A stretch of DNA of 64,000 bases, taken from NCBI GenBank assembly GCA_024679065.1, contig JAGIQG010000040.1:9486001-9550000 (forward strand), in the 5' to 3' direction. A model generated the notes under the pieces. It did not search any database, was not told where the DNA came from, and worked only from the letters and a program-made list of their open reading frames with translations. The DNA is from Sphyrna mokarran (lineage: Eukaryota). Below, one piece after another: positions 61,263 to 64,000 of the stretch. Numbering within the stretch: position 1 is the stretch's first letter; every line of letters starts with the position of its first letter. A program made the translations under genes and the position numbers.

Positions 61263-63542
61263 GTGAGTAAAACACTTTCTTTTCTGCACCTTTCCATTTC
61301 TTTTCCCATTCTGGGGGAAACTGGGGACATCCAGCAGCTGAAATGAAAGGAAGTGAATCCAGGGAGGCTGCAGACTCTGGGATTGGCCCAGGTCTCTCTT
61401 CCTCTCTCTCTCTCTTAATGACATTGATACAGAAACATGGAAGTTAGGAGCAGAAGGAGGCCATTTAATCCTTCGAGCTTGCTCCGCCATTCATTACAAT
61501 TATGGCTGATCATCTAACCCAATAGCTTAACTGTGCTTTTCCCCCATAACCTTTGATCCCATTTGCCCCAAGTGCTATATGTAGCTGCCTCTTGAATACA
61601 GTCAATATTTTGGCATCAACTACTTCCTGTGGTAATAAATTGCACAGTGTCATTACTCTTTGGATGAAAAAATGTCTCCACCCTCTGTCCTAAATGGTCT
61701 ACCTTGAATGCTCAGATTGTGACCCCAGGTTCTGTATTCCATCGACAACATCCTCCCTGCATCTATCCTGTCTTGACCTCTGAGAATTTTGTAAGTCTGT
61801 ATGAGACCCCGCCCCCCTCTTTCATTTGAACTCAATGAAAACAATCCTAACCTTGTCAGTCTCTCCTCATACACCAATGCTACGATTCCCTGAATCAGCC
61901 TGGTAAACATCCTTCGCTCCCTCGGCTTGACACATTTATCTGTCTGTCTAAAAGGATTGTCTTTTTCCTAATGTTCACAATTAAAGGGCTGTTTTCTCTC
62001 TAAGAGATGGCTGACATTTAAGGGGACAGTGCATTAATATAAGACCAAGATATGGCTAGTGTTGTTCTATGATATCCAGATTAGATATATTATTTATGTT
62101 TCTGTAATAAAATACATTTATTATTTCTTACATTGCAATATAACACTAGCAATGCTATACGTTTCCAGTCATAAAGTCATTACAACACAGAAAGAATCCA
62201 CTTGGTAACTCTAGTCCATGCTAATTCTCTGTATAACATTCCAGTCCCCCCATTCCCACTCGATATCCCCATTCTTCTGAAAGTTTATTTCTTCAAGTGC
62301 CCTTCTACTTTCATTTTTAAATAGAATCCATAGATATGGTTAGAGTTTTACAACTTTTTGGGAATGAAATAGGAAAGAATGTTACATAGAAACTAGAATT
62401 GTCTGTTCTGGATTTCTGTCCTATATTGACTGTCTTGACTTTTGCAAACTTATTTCACAGGATATTGATCAAGGAAACGCAGATGAAAACCTCAACCATC
62501 ACATCTAGACAGATATATTCTTTAGGATCTGAATATCTTGTAATATGGAACTGTAGCTACGTTATATATTTCCAGACATCTCTTCCCTCAGGGGGTTATT
62601 GGTATTTTGGATTTCTGTTCCACAGGGACCAGTGAAGGCTGAAGATCATTGAATATATTCCAGTTAGACAGATTTTTAACTGAATGTTGTCAAGGATCAG
62701 GGGAACAGACAAGAAGATGGAGCAAAAGCTAAGATGTGGGGGATTTCTTCACTCAAGGGTTTGGGAAAGCTTTGGAATTCTCAAATCCTGAGGACAGTGA
62801 AGCTTCAGTCATCAACTATGTTCAAGAGAGAGATTGGTTTCTAGATATTGAAGATATGAAGGCATATGGTTTAGTGTGGGGGAAAATGATGCTGAGGTAG
62901 ATGAACGAATTATCCCATTGAATAGTTTAAAAGATTCAATGGGTTAAATGGCCAACTGCAGTTCCTATTTGTTATGGTCTCTGTGTGCTGGACAGGAAGC
63001 AGTGAGCATGGATCCATCAATCAGCCTGAATCAGCACCGTCAGGAGAAACTGGGAGGGTGAATATTAGATACAGCAGAGAGAGAATGGAAGGAATGTGTG
63101 GGATAGAGATTTCAGCTTTTTGGGACTGAAATAAGAAAGAATGTTCCACAGAGACTAGAATTGTCTGTTCTGAATTTCTATACTGTACTGACATTGATAA
63201 CTTTTGTAAACTCCTTTTACAGGATATTGAAAGAGGAATCACAGGCTGAAATCTCAATGTCAGGTCTAGATCAGACAGAGTCATATTCCTTGGGACCTGA
63301 ATACCCTTGGACTTTGAATCTGGAAGGAGAAATGGTTGTCTGGTCTGTCGATTTGAAAAGATTTCGAATGTCAACGTGACTGGAAAAGCATCATACACTG
63401 CTACACGAGTGAGAACGTTCCAGTATACTGACTGAATAAATATCACACCATTCACAGCTGGGAGAGAGTGTACATGTATTGAGTGCGTGGACGAGGCTTC
63501 AACTGATTGTCCACCCAAGAGAAAGGCAAGGACACCTGCCCC

Positions 63543-64000
63543 ATGGAGAAATCATGGACATGTGCGGACTGTGGAAAGAGATATAAAGCCCCTTCTCTGC
63601 TGGATGCTCATCGGCGCAGCCACACTGGGGAGAGACCATTCACCTGCTCTCAGTGTGGGAAGGGATTCACACAGTTATCCAGCCTGCAGTCACACCAGCG
63701 AGTTCACACCGGGGAAAGGCCATTTATCTGTTCTCAGTGTGGGAAGAGGTTCGCTCAATCTTCCAACCTGCAGGCCCATGAGCGCATTCACACCGGGGAG
63801 AGGCCGTTCACCTGCTCTCAGTGTGGAAAGGGATTTGCTTGTCCGTCCAATCTGCGGGCACACACACGTGTTCACACCGGGGAGAGACCGTTCACCTGCT
63901 CTCAATGCGGGAAGGGATTCAATCAGTCATCCAATCTGCAGGCGCACCAGCGAGTTCACACTGGGGAGAAGCCGTTCACCTGCTCTCAATGCGGGAAGGG
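63543..64000 (+). CDS. C2H2 zinc-finger protein, mirror of 37768-38637, truncated by the window end
   Basis: Acceptor at 63221-2, ATG at 63543 ([13 protein letters not shown]..), open to the window end. Confidence 0.85.
   Translation, partial: MEKSWTCADCGKRYKAPSLLDAHRRSHTGERPFTCSQCGKGFTQLSSLQSHQRVHTGERPFICSQCGKRFAQSSNLQAHERIHTGERPFTCSQCGKGFACPSNLRAHTRVHTGERPFTCSQCGKGFNQSSNLQAHQRVHTGEKPFTCSQCGK

Larger units (their letters stand above)
38180..64000. repeat. Large inverted repeat (palindrome): arms >=38180-51052 and 51151->=64000, 98-nt spacer
   Basis: Mirrored ORF pairs have a constant coordinate sum of 102205 for the inner arms (e.g. 49288+52917, 50664+51541, 46080+56125) and about 102180-102330 further out. 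Confidence 0.97.

Overview
Eukaryotic, repeat-rich vertebrate DNA. It is most likely from a shark or other chondrichthyan, judged from HE1/V-type SINEs, CR1 tails with (TTCTATG)n, Rex1 and Penelope-like remnants, MEKPWKC-type finger-only C2H2 genes and a GPR139/142-like receptor. From left to right: (i) a degenerating tRNA cluster (Asn, Glu, Val, plus a relic) between dispersed duplicated segments; (ii) a two-exon GPR139/142-like GPCR (7349-7700 + 11804-12702) whose N-terminus is built from a 21/42-bp tandem repeat, with an orphan decayed array of the same repeat upstream; (iii) two intact EMC4 terminal exons on the minus strand that are missing from the ORF track; (iv) a C2H2 zinc-finger cluster with three CGA>TGA-disrupted pseudogenes and several open genes driven by NRF1/YY1/CCAAT/CRE/ETS promoter modules; (v) a palindrome of at least 26 kb centred at about 51102 (98-nt spacer). 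Its inner 5 kb arms look identical, while the outer arms are diverged and carry arm-specific insertions. Each arm contains an older inverted duplication around a bidirectional VNTR promoter. All alignments and identities were made by eye, and repeat boundaries are approximate.
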